From: Cyanophyceae cyanobacterium
GTDB lineage: Bacteria; Cyanobacteriota; Cyanobacteriia; Cyanobacteriales; Laspinemataceae
Direction: 5' to 3'
Length of the DNA: 64,000 nt
NCBI GenBank assembly: GCA_038321985.1
Contig: JBBQFN010000001.1
Span: forward strand, 192,001 to 256,000
Below, piece after piece: positions 51,885 through 63,300 of the stretch (its first letter is position 1; the number at the start of each line of letters is the position of its first letter). Below the pieces are notes generated by a model. That model ran no database searches and had not been told where the DNA came from. It saw only the letters and a program-made list of their open reading frames with translations. A program made the translations under genes and the position numbers.

Positions 51885-53540
51885 TTACAAATTTGCGATC
51901 GCCTCGGCAAATTTCTGGAAATTTTCGGGTTCCTGTTGGGATGCCAGGACGAGATAATGGAGGGAGACGATCGCCAAGTCGGCGGATAAGCTACATTTGC
52001 GGCGATCGCTGAGTCTCCAATCATTCTTGACGAAGATCTCCTCTAATTCTTTATAAGCCTCTCGAATCGCTTCAAAACAGCCTTGATAACTGGATATTTG
52101 CTGCCATTGTTCTGACGATTGATACCGTTGGTTTAGAATTTTGGCCGTGGGGTCGAATCCTTCGTTATGCCAGTAGGTTTGTAAATCTCTTGCGGGTGAA
52201 TAGGGTTGGATAAACTCTTGAAAAATTTCGGGATAATGTTCGGCAAGATAAGTTAAATATTTGGTGGAATAGACAGCTAAATCGGCAAAAGTATCGAGAA
52301 CAGATTCATCGGCAGTGGGTTTGATATTTTCAGTGAACATGGTTTCGAGTCGGTCATATTTCCGGGAAATGCCGGCAAATACTCCGAGTGCTTCACCGTG
52401 CTTTTTCCAGCTATTTTTATAAACTAGGGTTTTCTTGTAGTGGAGGCTGCTTAATAAATCGAATATTTCCGAGAAAGAGTAGCACTCTGTTTGTTCTTGA
52501 GTTTGCCAGAGATAATTTAAATAGTCTTTTTCCTGGGGTTGGAGGGGAATCACTTCGCGGTTGTTCCAAAGTCTAGCAAAATACTCGATTGTTGCAATTT
52601 TGAAGTCATTCGGGGGTAATTTTGCTATCAAGTCTGCTATTTGAGGCGGTGTATCTCCGTGCAAATGTCGATTGTAAATGTACAATAATTCTAGGCTATT
52701 TTTAATTAAGTTATCGGGGATTTCGCTGAGTTCATCAGTCAATCTAAAGGACTCTTGCCGCATTTTATTTTCTAACTCAAACCAGCGCGAAAGGGTGGCA
52801 TCAATTTCTGCAAGGGGTGTGGTAAATTGAGGGGGCTTAAATCCAAATTCATATAAAGTTTTTAGTTTCTGGAATTCTAGCACCTTTTGCGCTTGTTCTA
52901 AGTAGCGATCGCCTAAATGTATTTCACTGATGAAGCAGCAATATTCCCCGACTTGGGTCCCTGTCCAATAGGCGACTGCCTCCTGGAAAACACTCAATCC
53001 CAAGGGATTAATCCCTGAAGTCCCGGAAAAAATATCATGAGACTGAATGCAAATATTCAGATGCAATTTGCCATTTCTAATTAAAAATTGCATCCAATTT
53101 GAGCCAGCCATCCCAGGATTTATGGCATCGTTTAATTGGGAATTAGATAAATTAATCACCGCCTCACTGCTACTGGAATCAGCCTGGAGAAGCCGGATAA
53201 CTTCTCGAATAGTGGGGTTGAGATGCAAGTTTTTTATATTCAAATCGTAACTGTTACCCGGCCAGGATTTCTCCTCAAAAAAATCAAGGGCTTGGGGGAG
53301 ATAACGATACAGGAATCCTAAATCTTTACGGCCCGATAGTTCCCAAAACGTGGCGGCAATTTGAGCGAATAGATTAGAGTTGAGATGGGGAATGATATTA
53401 ATTCGTTCTAGGGGAAAGGCAATCTTAATCAGGCGCGATCGCCCTGCTTTGAATTCTGTACCGCGCACCCAAATAGTTTCTGGGGATTCTAATAATACTT
53501 GGAGTTCCGCGTAAAATGCATGAGTGGTGTTTCTAAACAT
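51885..53540 (-). CDS. Degenerate thymidylate-synthase/dNMP-hydroxymethylase-fold domain fused to a DUF1599/Nmad1 (MazG-like) domain
   Basis: TS-fold scaffold (FW.LSGR.DL, NWMQFLIRNGKLHLN, G.SGIN, YWTG..VG.Y..FIS.IH) without the catalytic PC and RSND; C-terminal KK..Y.NSW..G...ISRKYDRL...ESVLDTFADLAVY. Confidence 0.75.
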   Translation of the reverse strand: MFRNTTHAFYAELQVLLESPETIWVRGTEFKAGRSRLIKIAFPLERINIIPHLNSNLFAQIAATFWELSGRKDLGFLYRYLPQALDFFEEKSWPGNSYDLNIKNLHLNPTIREVIRLLQADSSSSEAVINLSNSQLNDAINPGMAGSNWMQFLIRNGKLHLNICIQSHDIFSGTSGINPLGLSVFQEAVAYWTGTQVGEYCCFISEIHLGDRYLEQAQKVLEFQKLKTLYEFGFKPPQFTTPLAEIDATLSRWFELENKMRQESFRLTDELSEIPDNLIKNSLELLYIYNRHLHGDTPPQIADLIAKLPPNDFKIATIEYFARLWNNREVIPLQPQEKDYLNYLWQTQEQTECYSFSEIFDLLSSLHYKKTLVYKNSWKKHGEALGVFAGISRKYDRLETMFTENIKPTADESVLDTFADLAVYSTKYLTYLAEHYPEIFQEFIQPYSPARDLQTYWHNEGFDPTAKILNQRYQSSEQWQQISSYQGCFEAIREAYKELEEIFVKNDWRLSDRRKCSLSADLAIVSLHYLVLASQQEPENFQKFAEAIANL

Positions 53541-53910
53541 TTTTATAAACCTTTTTACCGGGAGAATTTGGACTGGTTATTTTAGATAAAGACAACTTAA
53601 AATTATTTTACCCTCAACCTTGAATTAATTAGCAATTCCATCTTTAATTTATCACTAAATTGGGTATTATAAGTCGTGCAATTAGGCATTTAATTGGCAT
53701 AAAAGTTAGGCATAGGCAGTGAGGCGGGATAAGAACCCTTGACATAGAAAATCCGGCCAGAAGTGCCTGGACCGATCGCAGTTTTCAATATATCATGAGA
53801 TTGCCCCGATAGAAAGAGGATGCAGTTGGCAATTAAACCGAGGCCGCCTGTCCCCCAGACGGGACCGGGGTTGCGGTTAGCTTTTCAGAAGGCGATCGCA
53901 CTTCCATCCA

Positions 53911-54750
53911 TTATTCTTCCTTAGAAAATTCATGTTCGATTACAAACACATTGGCGTAAAGATTAGCAATAATTTGTTTTCCCTGCTGAGTCAATTCCAG
54001 ACAACTCAACCCGTCTTTAATATATTGATAAACCACTCCCCAATAAAATTTAGAATAATTTTTTCTCAGATCCCCAGGATTTTTATAGCCTACCTTTTGA
54101 TTGAATCCTGTTTCCTCAAACTCATAAAATAATCCCGAAATTTTTTTGAGGTAGCGGGGATCGCTGAGTTGACCGATGAGATCAGCAGCCCGAACTAAAC
54201 CCGGATAATGAACCGTATCTTGATGATCCGCAGCCGCTGGAACGGGAAAACGAGTCAGTTCGATATTGAGTTTAATTTCTTCAGCATTGATTAATTTGTG
54301 ACCGCCAAACCGTTCGTCAACAAAGAGTTTACCTCGATCAACGTGATAGGGAGTCAAGCTGGCGTCAGTGCATCCTGGATCGAGGGCGACCATTGTACCA
54401 TCGATGCCCGTGGCATACAATCCTTCCCTATCTTCTCGGCAAACGCCCTTAACATAGCCAATATCATGGCATAACAAAGAGAGGGTAAAATGTAGCCAAT
54501 CTTCACAAGAAACCCCGCCTTCGCGGATATGTTTACCCCGGAGAACTTCCTGGCCGACGAGGGTCACTAAGATGGTATGCTCGACATTATGATACAGGGC
54601 ATCACTGTTGGCGATATTCTCTAAGGCCATGCCTCCGGCCCAGGCAATAATGTCTGCATAGTCTGGCTTAAGTCCGCCATACATTCGATGATAGCCTTGG
54701 CGCAGTTTTTTAACAAAGTCGGAAATTAATATCTGTGTGATGCTGTACAT
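53911..54750 (-). CDS. HD-domain metal-dependent phosphohydrolase (Npun_R2479-like)
   Basis: YHNVEHT, CHDIGY, YHVDRG, RAADLIGQ. Confidence 0.88.
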   Translation of the reverse strand: MYSITQILISDFVKKLRQGYHRMYGGLKPDYADIIAWAGGMALENIANSDALYHNVEHTILVTLVGQEVLRGKHIREGGVSCEDWLHFTLSLLCHDIGYVKGVCREDREGLYATGIDGTMVALDPGCTDASLTPYHVDRGKLFVDERFGGHKLINAEEIKLNIELTRFPVPAAADHQDTVHYPGLVRAADLIGQLSDPRYLKKISGLFYEFEETGFNQKVGYKNPGDLRKNYSKFYWGVVYQYIKDGLSCLELTQQGKQIIANLYANVFVIEHEFSKEE

Positions 54751-55415
54751 ATCCCGTCATCTCGCTATCAAGGCAGGCTATAGGGTAAGAGTGGGAAAAG
54801 TTTTGCCCCGATTCCCTCAACCCGATCGTCTTTGGTGTTTTGTAGACCTTTTATGCTGCTGTTGGAATTTACCCAAACTCTACCTCGTTTGGGGGAGTTA
54901 GGACTACCACCAAACGAGTGTCTCTAGTCGCAAGTCAATTGCCCCATCGTTATCTATAATATTAAGGATAATTCTCCTTGCGGGCTAGTTATTTTTTGGA
55001 GATGGAAGGGGCCTTAGCACCTAGTCGGAACCGTGCGATCGCCAACAAGCTGATGTATTTTATTATCGTTGGTACGGGGCTGGAAAGCTCTATTTTAACT
55101 GAATTCTCCCTGAATGACTCTCATCAGGTGGCCCGGATTGAGCCATCGCCAGAACGCCCCAGCCGGCGGTGTTGTGGGTCAGCGGGTTGGGGGTTTGGAT
55201 TATGGTTTTGATCCATCTGGGCCCCGGGGAATACCGATGGGGTAGGTTTGTCTACGGGAATTTCCCCTGGGGATTTGCAATCGGGAGGGAAATTGTCTTG
55301 ATTGGGTTGATTGGACAACTGGAGATTATTCCGGTGATGTTGCTATTAGGCTCACTTTTTGGGGGAGTAAAGACAGGTCTTTCTAAGTCTTTCCGGTAAA
55401 CATCAAAACTTAGGT

Positions 55416-56021
55416 TTAGGGTCTTTTTACGGGTTGGGATAGCAAGGCTTGTGCCTCGGAAATCGCCTCGTCCGAAAATCCCATTTGATGCAACAAATGC
55501 CGTGCCTGAAGTGGAGTAAGGGGGGAGGTTTCCTGGAATTTAGCAACAGCTGTTAACCATTGTTGAAACTGCATCAAACTCAGGGGTTTGGAGTTGAGCA
55601 CCTCCTGAACTCGGGGAACTCGATTTAACGGTGCTGTTTGCATTTGTAATAGGGTAATAAACTGCTGCAACTGTTCAACTTGTTCCGGGGTTAAACCCTC
55701 TAACTGAAGCCCGTTCTCCTCGCTTTCAGAAATTTCTTGATTTCCCTTCCCGGAGAGGCTTTTGCCCTTCGGGTGACGAGTGGCAATTCCCGCTAGAAAA
55801 GCACCCAAAATAGTCCCGGTCCACAATCCAGCGGTGCCCCCTTTGAACATCGCTGGACTTTGTTGAACTCGGCACAAGGTATTTAATAATTCATAATCAC
55901 TGGCATTACATTGAGAGGTATGGGCCAGCCACCGCATCTGTCCACCCCAAAATGAACCCAAAGCACCGGCTAACAGGGCAACTGCGGTGCAGATTAACAT
56001 CCGTTTTTTTGATTTGTTCAT
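55416..56021 (-). CDS. Hypothetical membrane protein
   Basis: Two hydrophobic helices (ALLAGALGSFWGG; GLWTGTILGAFLAG); 201-aa ORF. Confidence 0.65.
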   Translation of the reverse strand: MNKSKKRMLICTAVALLAGALGSFWGGQMRWLAHTSQCNASDYELLNTLCRVQQSPAMFKGGTAGLWTGTILGAFLAGIATRHPKGKSLSGKGNQEISESEENGLQLEGLTPEQVEQLQQFITLLQMQTAPLNRVPRVQEVLNSKPLSLMQFQQWLTAVAKFQETSPLTPLQARHLLHQMGFSDEAISEAQALLSQPVKRP

Positions 56022-56146
56022 AATACCCTGAAAACTCGGCTCGGTTTGCTTTTCATTCTTGGACCTCCGATAACCCTCCCCAAGACATCGAGGAGGGGAC
56101 CGGAAGTAACTCCCAGTGTAATCAGTCTAACGAATCCCTGAACCAA

Positions 56147-59100
56147 TCAACCTGTATTTCTCATCCCGGCAGCGATTCCGTTAATAGTTAATAAGGCACC
56201 GCGCAGCAATTCTCCCTTGCTATATCGTGAGTGAATTACTCCAGTTACGGACTGACTTTGATGTTCGCGCAGGCGTTTGAGAAGGGAGACTTGTAATAAA
56301 CCTAAAGGAACGATAGTTGCATTCCGCAACTGTACCGATCGCTGGAGGTCCGGGTCTCCATCTAACAGCCGTTGGTGTTCGGTAATAGCGAGCACTAAAT
56401 CTCGGGTTAGGTTAAATTCGCTGGCAATTTGGTTGAACAGGGCTTCAAAGCGATCGCGATTTTCCGGTTGGGTCAGTTCCCGGACATAGTGATGCGCGAT
56501 TTCCATATCCACCTTAGAGAGGGTCATTTCTACCTTAGAAATTACCATCTTAAAGAACGGCCATTTGAGATAGAAATAGCGTAGTAATTTCAGATGTTCT
56601 TCGGGTTCTTGTTCCAGGAAATTGTTAAGCGCTGTTCCCACTCCATACCATGCCGGTAGCAGGAAGCGAGTTTGGGTCCAGCTAAATACCCAAGGAATTG
56701 CCCGTAGGGAACCTAAATCCCGCTTGCCGGTACTGCGTCGTGCAGGTCGCGAAGAGATTTGCAATTTGCTGATTTCATCAATAGGGGTGACTTCATGGAA
56801 GAAATCGATAAAATCAGGCTGTTCGTAAATCAGGGCGCGATAGTGCTGCCGCGATCGCGTAGATAACTCCTCCATGATTTGGTTCCAGGCTTCGATATCG
56901 TCAAACCCGGAACCGAGTAAGCTACTTTGAATGACCGCACTGGCGATAGTTTCTAAATTGTAAAGGGCTAACTCGGGTAACGTGTATTTGCTGGCTAAAA
57001 CTTCCCCTTGTTCGGTAATTTTAATCCGCCCTTTAATACTCCGGCCTGGTTGAGCTAAAATCGCCTCATACGCTGGACCGCCACCGCGACCGACGGACCC
57101 CCCGCGACCGTGAAAGATTCGCAATACCACGCCGTAGCGATCGCCAATGATTTGTAAGGCTTTTTGTGCCTTATGAATTTCCCAATTACTGCTGAGAAAA
57201 CCCGAATCTTTATTACTATCAGAATATCCCAGCATCACCTCTTGTAATTTAGGAAGCTGAATGTGAGAAGATTTGAGGTTAGAAATATTCGATCCGGAAG
57301 TTTCGCTGACGGTGACTGGGAGAGAATTCTGATATCCCCCAGACAATAAAGCGTTATAGAGAGGCAGTTCAAAGAGTTGCTGAATGACTGTCGGTGCCCG
57401 TTTAAGGTCCTCTACGGTTTCAAATAAGGGGACAACTTGGATCGTTCCTATGCCGGTCGCTGGGTCATAAAGACCGGCTTCTTTTGCCAGCAGCAGGACT
57501 TCTAACAAATCACTAACATCATGGCTCATGCTGATGATGTAGGTTTGACAGATTTCCAAGCCAAACTCTTCTTGGAGAGCCCGTAGCATTCTAAAGGTGG
57601 AAATAATCTCGCTATTCTGCTCCGAAAAGGGCAGTTCGGCTGGGATTAAAGGACGTCTGGTTTGCAGTTCTGCGATCAACCAATCCGTGCGTTCGTCTTC
57701 CGATAATTCGTTGTAAGGCTGGGGCAAGATTTGCAGGTAGTCTGCGATTTCATTAAGGGCGTCACTGTGGCGAGATGACTCTTGACGGATATCTAAATGC
57801 GCCAAAATAAAGCCATAAATTTCAACTTGACAAATGAGTTGTTCAAGGTCTCGACAGCTTAAACCCGTTGCCGCTAAATTACGTTGAATTAGTCGCAATT
57901 CCGCCAAGAAATCTGCTCCGGAGTGATACATCGGAGCATTTTTGATGTCGCTCAGATGGCGATTCCAGTCCGACTCGGTGTAGAGACGTTGATTGCGATC
58001 GCGGGTATTTTCTAAGCGATGCAGGATATAGGCTAGTTTTAACCGATAGGGTTCCTGCCGATAGCGAATTGCCAGCTTTTCATAAATGTCTGGCATTTGC
58101 AAGCGGTCTTGTTCTAGGGATTCCAGGAGTTCGGGTAAAACTTCACTCCAGTGCAGAGACAAGGACAGCAGTTGGGTCAAGCGATCGAGGGAACCCATGT
58201 ATTTGTCTAAGATTAACTGCCGCTGATAGCAGGCAGTTTTCCAAGTAATGGAAGGAGTACAATAAGGATTTCCATCGCGGTCAGACCCGACCCATGAACC
58301 AAATTTGCAGAAGTTGTAACGGGGTGGTTGCAGATAAGGAAATGAGGCTTGTAACGACCGTTTTAGCCGTTGATGAAGTTGGGGGACCGCATCAAATAAG
58401 ACCTCTTTGAAATAGTGCAGAGTATAATCCACTTCATCGAGGACCGAGGGTTTAAACTGATGCAATTCGTCCGTGCGCCACCAAAGTCGAATTTCTTCCG
58501 TTAGGGCTTCTATTAGGTCTTCGGTTTCGCAGGATGTCGCTTGACTATCCGGTTGCCGACCTTCTTCTAAGCTGTCGAGTTCTTGCAAAATTTGGGCCAG
58601 CCGCCGCTGTTTAGTTCGTAAAGTATGACGAACAATTTCCGTCGGGTGCGCGGTAAAGACCAAGCGAATATCCAGACTTTCCATGATTTTCTGGATTTGC
58701 TGCGGCGGGACATTCAACTGCTTTAATTTGGGAAATAAAGCGGAGAAGTTCGCAAATTCTCGACGGCGAGTGATGGTCTCACTGGTGAAGTAAGGGCTTT
58801 CCTTGGGGATATCGAAGTTTTCTTCGGGAGTGACACTGTTAATCGAGCCGACCCCAAGCAGGCGATCGCGCTGTTCATAATGTTGTTCGATAATGTTAAT
58901 CAGTTGGAAGTACAGCGCAAACGCCCGAGCAGCACGAATGGCATCGTTGAGGTCCAACTGTTCTACTAATTTCAAAACACTGGATTCCGAGAAGTTGCAA
59001 GCTTGTCCCTCCACAGAATACATCGATCGCAGTTGCGCCAGTAGAACCACTAATTCCTGTCCGCATTCAGTCCGTAAGACGGACTCCCATAAGTCCTCGA

Positions 59101-59182
59101 CAACTTTGAGACGATGACGTAGAAATAAGTCGGATGAACTAACTTTCATAACAGAATTTGAGGGTTCGAGTCGTAAAGTCAT
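56147..59182 (-). CDS. ppc: Phosphoenolpyruvate carboxylase; start uncertain (ORF extends to 59233)
   Basis: [55 protein letters not shown]. Confidence 0.98.
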   Translation of the reverse strand: MTLRLEPSNSVMKVSSSDLFLRHRLKVVEDLWESVLRTECGQELVVLLAQLRSMYSVEGQACNFSESSVLKLVEQLDLNDAIRAARAFALYFQLINIIEQHYEQRDRLLGVGSINSVTPEENFDIPKESPYFTSETITRRREFANFSALFPKLKQLNVPPQQIQKIMESLDIRLVFTAHPTEIVRHTLRTKQRRLAQILQELDSLEEGRQPDSQATSCETEDLIEALTEEIRLWWRTDELHQFKPSVLDEVDYTLHYFKEVLFDAVPQLHQRLKRSLQASFPYLQPPRYNFCKFGSWVGSDRDGNPYCTPSITWKTACYQRQLILDKYMGSLDRLTQLLSLSLHWSEVLPELLESLEQDRLQMPDIYEKLAIRYRQEPYRLKLAYILHRLENTRDRNQRLYTESDWNRHLSDIKNAPMYHSGADFLAELRLIQRNLAATGLSCRDLEQLICQVEIYGFILAHLDIRQESSRHSDALNEIADYLQILPQPYNELSEDERTDWLIAELQTRRPLIPAELPFSEQNSEIISTFRMLRALQEEFGLEICQTYIISMSHDVSDLLEVLLLAKEAGLYDPATGIGTIQVVPLFETVEDLKRAPTVIQQLFELPLYNALLSGGYQNSLPVTVSETSGSNISNLKSSHIQLPKLQEVMLGYSDSNKDSGFLSSNWEIHKAQKALQIIGDRYGVVLRIFHGRGGSVGRGGGPAYEAILAQPGRSIKGRIKITEQGEVLASKYTLPELALYNLETIASAVIQSSLLGSGFDDIEAWNQIMEELSTRSRQHYRALIYEQPDFIDFFHEVTPIDEISKLQISSRPARRSTGKRDLGSLRAIPWVFSWTQTRFLLPAWYGVGTALNNFLEQEPEEHLKLLRYFYLKWPFFKMVISKVEMTLSKVDMEIAHHYVRELTQPENRDRFEALFNQIASEFNLTRDLVLAITEHQRLLDGDPDLQRSVQLRNATIVPLGLLQVSLLKRLREHQSQSVTGVIHSRYSKGELLRGALLTINGIAAGMRNTG

Positions 59183-59293
59183 CAGAACCTCCTGGAATAT
59201 TTGAAACCCCCGGTCTAAACCGGGGACGAACACGACTCAAGGGACTGTGATCCCGGTGAGGGACTAAATGGTATTTTGGCGCTTAAAGGGGTC

Positions 59294-59432
59294 AGTCGGT
59301 GAACCTAAATAAACCTAACTCTCATGTAGTTAAATTATCCAAACCCAAGAAAGGCTGTTATTCCCATAAAAGTGGGACGCCACAGGTTTTCTCTTTTCAA
59401 TTTTATTTTTACCGGAGTTAGGTTCACCGACT
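59294..59432. repeat. 139-bp element with 18-bp inverted ends upstream of ppc
   Basis: AGTCGGTGAACCTAA[ATAAACCTAA]CTC ... GAGTTAGGTTCACCGACT. Confidence 0.6.
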
Positions 59433-60004
59433 TCAATCCCACTTATCAGAGCGCAGATTGGTGTTAAGTTCATAAACTACCACGTTGGTTGTCACAGTGC
59501 CATTACTGCCCCGCCGAGTCGCGGGCCATGATTTTATGTAAGCGCTATTCTGCTCTATCGAGGGATAACCCCGGTTTGTTCAGAATGGGGTGCCACCATC
59601 CCAACCGGCTAAGGTCGGATATTAACCAATTTTACGGTCCATCCTGGTATTTTTAACAGGCTTCGGGCCTGGGGCGATCAGGGTCTTGACGGACTCAGTT
59701 TACCCTCTAACCGCTCCAGACTCTGGGTTTCTTCTCGATCCAATCGGTTGGCATGACCCGGGATTGTCCGCTTTAATCAACTAGATTTCCTGACAATTGC
59801 CCTCGGGGTGGATTGACTTCCCACCCTAAGGCTCTACAGTTAGAATTTAGTTGGCATCAGTAGTAAAGTAGAGACAGGGCATTCAATCCAGGCAGTTTTA
59901 TCAGGGAAACTTGAGGGGAATCAAGGGGTCCCCAGAGCTGAACCCGGTGGCAAGAACGCCGCAAGTGGCGATCTCCATTGCTCCAGTGGCCCCTTGATTG
60001 GGAT

Positions 60005-60244
60005 TTAGTCGCCCTCAGAATGGGGAAAATTCAGGACCGGGAGGCGATCGCCTCGAAACACTTCTTCACTGGCCTGACCCATGGACTGAAGCATTTCGCT
60101 TACCGCTTTTCCCCCCAGCAAAGCCCCTAGAAACGGAGGCGTGAGCAAAGTAATCAGCAATTCGGAGGGAATTTTGACAAATGGCTCAGTAGAGTCAGGT
60201 TTGGGGGAAATAGATTCGCTATTCGGTGAGTTTGATGAGTTCAT
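60005..60244 (-). CDS. Small conserved cyanobacterial hypothetical protein
   Basis: L.T.PFL..L......L...GQASEEVFRGDRLPVL motif. Confidence 0.7.
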   Translation of the reverse strand: MNSSNSPNSESISPKPDSTEPFVKIPSELLITLLTPPFLGALLGGKAVSEMLQSMGQASEEVFRGDRLPVLNFPHSEGD

Positions 60245-60381
60245 AGGGACCTCTTATTAAGCTTGACAACATTAAAATGAGAATCTGAGAATGACCAACT
60301 TCGGCCATCTCAACTATGCCAAAATTTACGAGTTATGCTATCCGTAGCAAACCGAATGAGGAGCGGGGAGATCAATCATTC

Positions 60382-63300
60382 ATGGTAAAGACAGAGGAGC
60401 TGGTGCAGACTAACGCAGGGACCACCCTGACCCAGTGGGCAGCGCAGGCCCTGGAGGTAACCGGGGAAAAAATTCATCTGCGCCTACGCGGAAATACCGT
60501 ACATATTCTGTGCGAAAGCGAAAGCTGTCCCCCCATGGCGATCGCCATCACCAGGGTGACCAATGCCCTTAAACAACAGGGAATAGACGCACTGTTACCC
60601 CCAGACCATCCCCCCATTGAGGAAATCTTTCTCTACGGTCGCAGCAAAGGTACAAAGCGTCCAGACTGGAGTGTGCGGATTGAATCCTCTCGCCCCGATT
60701 CCCCCGCAACAATGGACTCGGCTCAGTCCGAGAGTGGACCCTCCTCAGTCGAACTCCCACCCACTCTCACCCTAGCTGCGTCACCCACTCCACCCACTCC
60801 ACCCCCGGACAATCACCCCTTCTCGATCGCTGATGCTCGGATGATGCTCCGGGTTCAGAGTCGTGCCTCCCTGGGAGATCCAGAAGCTGAGGCCCTCCTA
60901 GCCAAAGGGATGGCTCGATACCTCAACGAAACCCTCAGCCTCTATTCTATCTCGGTCAAAGTTCTGCTTAGGCCCCTGAAACGGGCCGATCGCAATTGGG
61001 GCGATCGCCCCTCTCCCCCCCGTCGTCTCTGGATATTTTGTCAGTCGGCAAATTTCCCCGATGCCACCCCCCTCGCCTTGCCGATGGCCGAGCGCTTGCG
61101 AGAACTCCAGTTAAGCGGATGTGCTGATGCGGTCATTCTCGGTCGCACGACCCCGGATGGCAAACCGGAACTGCTCCTGCGCGTGGATCTAACTCCCCCA
61201 GAAGAACGGCTCAAAGCCTGGGCCCGATGGGGTGACCTTCCCGCGATTACTCGCCTGTTAAATCAGGCCGTTGCCCCTCTGGGCCTCGAAGTGGGCAGCG
61301 TCCAAAAAGACGCCACCCTCCATTTATTCTGCGGCAATTCCTCCCCGGAGGTAGAGGGCGTCTGCGCCGACTCTCCACTTGCGGCGGCGGATAAATCCCT
61401 CTGCATCGATGCGATCGCCCCAATTCTCAAATCCCTCGCCCCTCAAGGACTTCACGCCGTCACCCTCTACGGTTGTCGTTACGGACGCCATCTTGACATC
61501 CCCTCAAACGCCCCGCCCCTTTGGGTAGACTGGCTCGATCTGCCGGCGGCGCGGGACTCCCTACTGGCGCTCAGTGCCCGGGAACTCGCCAGCCAAGGCA
61601 ACCTGGACGCCCTCCAGTTCTTGCTCGATCGCCTCGTCAATCCCGAACTTGACGCCAAATTGAACGGCAGGGGTCTTTCCGTCTTCCTGCGTCAGGACCC
61701 GGACCTGCTGCACGTTATGGTCGAAGCCTCCCCTTGCCCGGAACAAGACACCGTGGCTCCCCTGATCCTAGAATTGCTGCGGGAATTGAAACTAAATGGG
61801 GTCGAGGAGCTTCGTCTGTATGGTCGTCGGGGTGGGGATAAGCACCCATCGTGGCGTTATAGTTCGGCCATTTTTACCCCATTGCAGCTCCTCCCCTGTG
61901 AGCCGGAACCCACCCCACCTTCTCCGGAAGAGAGCCATCCTGAGCATCCAGATTCCGAACTGGAGTCAGCAGAGGAAACCCTTCCAGCAATCATCAACTT
62001 TACCCACGGCGCGCCTGACACTACCGAGGACCTACCGGAAGCAGTAGAGTCCATGTTCGCAGCGGATCCACCGGAGGAATTGCAAGCCTGTCTGACAAAG
62101 CAGGTGATTTCCCCTAAACCTCGGGAGCGTCCCTCCCCCGGTTGGGTGACCCGCCTCCTACTCGTCACGGGTTTATTTATTCCTGCTAAAACCTTCCGTC
62201 GGGGTCCGACTAGCAGCAGTAAAATTGCCTTCATTTGGGGCGTCCTGGGTTTGTTAGGAATGTTGCACGCAGATTGGCTTCTAGGTCGTGTCCCCTTGTT
62301 TTCCGATACCTCATCCCCATCATCGGAAACGGCAACGATACCGGGACAAGCCCCAGAAGACCCCAGCGCCCTGTCGGCTGGAAATCCCCAGGACGGCTTG
62401 AATCTAGGTGAACTTTCCCTAAATCCCTCAAAGAACGAGGGTGATCCTATTTTTAATGGCTCTAGCTTTACGGAATTTCAGGAGGAGCCAGCGATCGCCC
62501 TTAACCCAGAAACTAGGCCCAGGTTTGACTATCCCACGTTTAACTCTCAACAATTAGACGAACAACTGGAGTTATATCTGCAATATTTAGCCACCTCCGG
62601 TCCGCCAGACGTGCTGATTATCGGCAGTTCCCGCGCCTTGCGTGGGGTGGCTCCCATGACGATTGAGGAGTCTCTCTCCTCCCGTTATCCAGGACTCAAA
62701 GTCTTTAATTTCGGCATTAATGGGGCGACGGCTCAAGTTGCAGACTTTGTGATTCGGGAACTGATCCCTCAAGAGCAATTACCGAAACTGATTCTGTGGG
62801 CAGATGGAGCCAGGGCCTTGAATAGTGGTCGGAGCGATCGCACCTTTGAGGCGATCGCCCGTTCCCCCGGATATCGGCATCTACTCCAAGGAAACCGGCC
62901 TGTAGTCCCGGCAATGGCGAATTCCGACGACGAAAGTCAGTCCCTGGCCTCCCTCAGCGAAACCTTAGTCCAACGTGCCCGCACCGGCTTTTCTGTGGGA
63001 GAAAGTTATGAAAAACTGGATGAGTGGATTAATGAAAAGCTGGCATCAATTTCGGCGAATTATGAAAATCGCGATCGCCTCCAAGGTTTTCTGCGCAGTC
63101 AACTGTTATTACCTCTAGCAGATATCGCGGATAATTTCATCCCTGAAACGAATCGGTCATCACCCGAGGCGATCGCCGAAACCACTCCAGACCCCACCCT
63201 GGCTTCCGTAGAAGCCAGTCTGATTGCCTTAAGTGCAGAATCCGCCGCTTCCTCCGGTATAGACAACCTCCCAACCTCCACCCTATCAAACGGGTTCTTA

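Noticed and set aside
41931..53540. A single system coupling the McrBC-like nuclease with the TS-like cluster (mark-and-restrict)
   Set aside because: The two are separated by the housekeeping genes rph and adk, differ in composition and HIP1 content, and the TS domain looks inactive; no support for linkage from this window alone
51885..53540. Calling this gene thyA or a pseudogene
   Set aside because: The catalytic Cys and RSxD are absent, so not thyA; there are no stops or frameshifts and the C-terminal domain looks intact, so not evidently a pseudogene
48349..53540. Prophage
   Set aside because: Phage-like nucleotide genes only; no integrase, structural or replication genes, and HIP1 sites are present as in host DNA
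54978..55399. Three overlapping short ORFs between the HD gene and the membrane-protein gene
   Set aside because: Mutually overlapping, low-complexity, no recognisable family; cannot be supported
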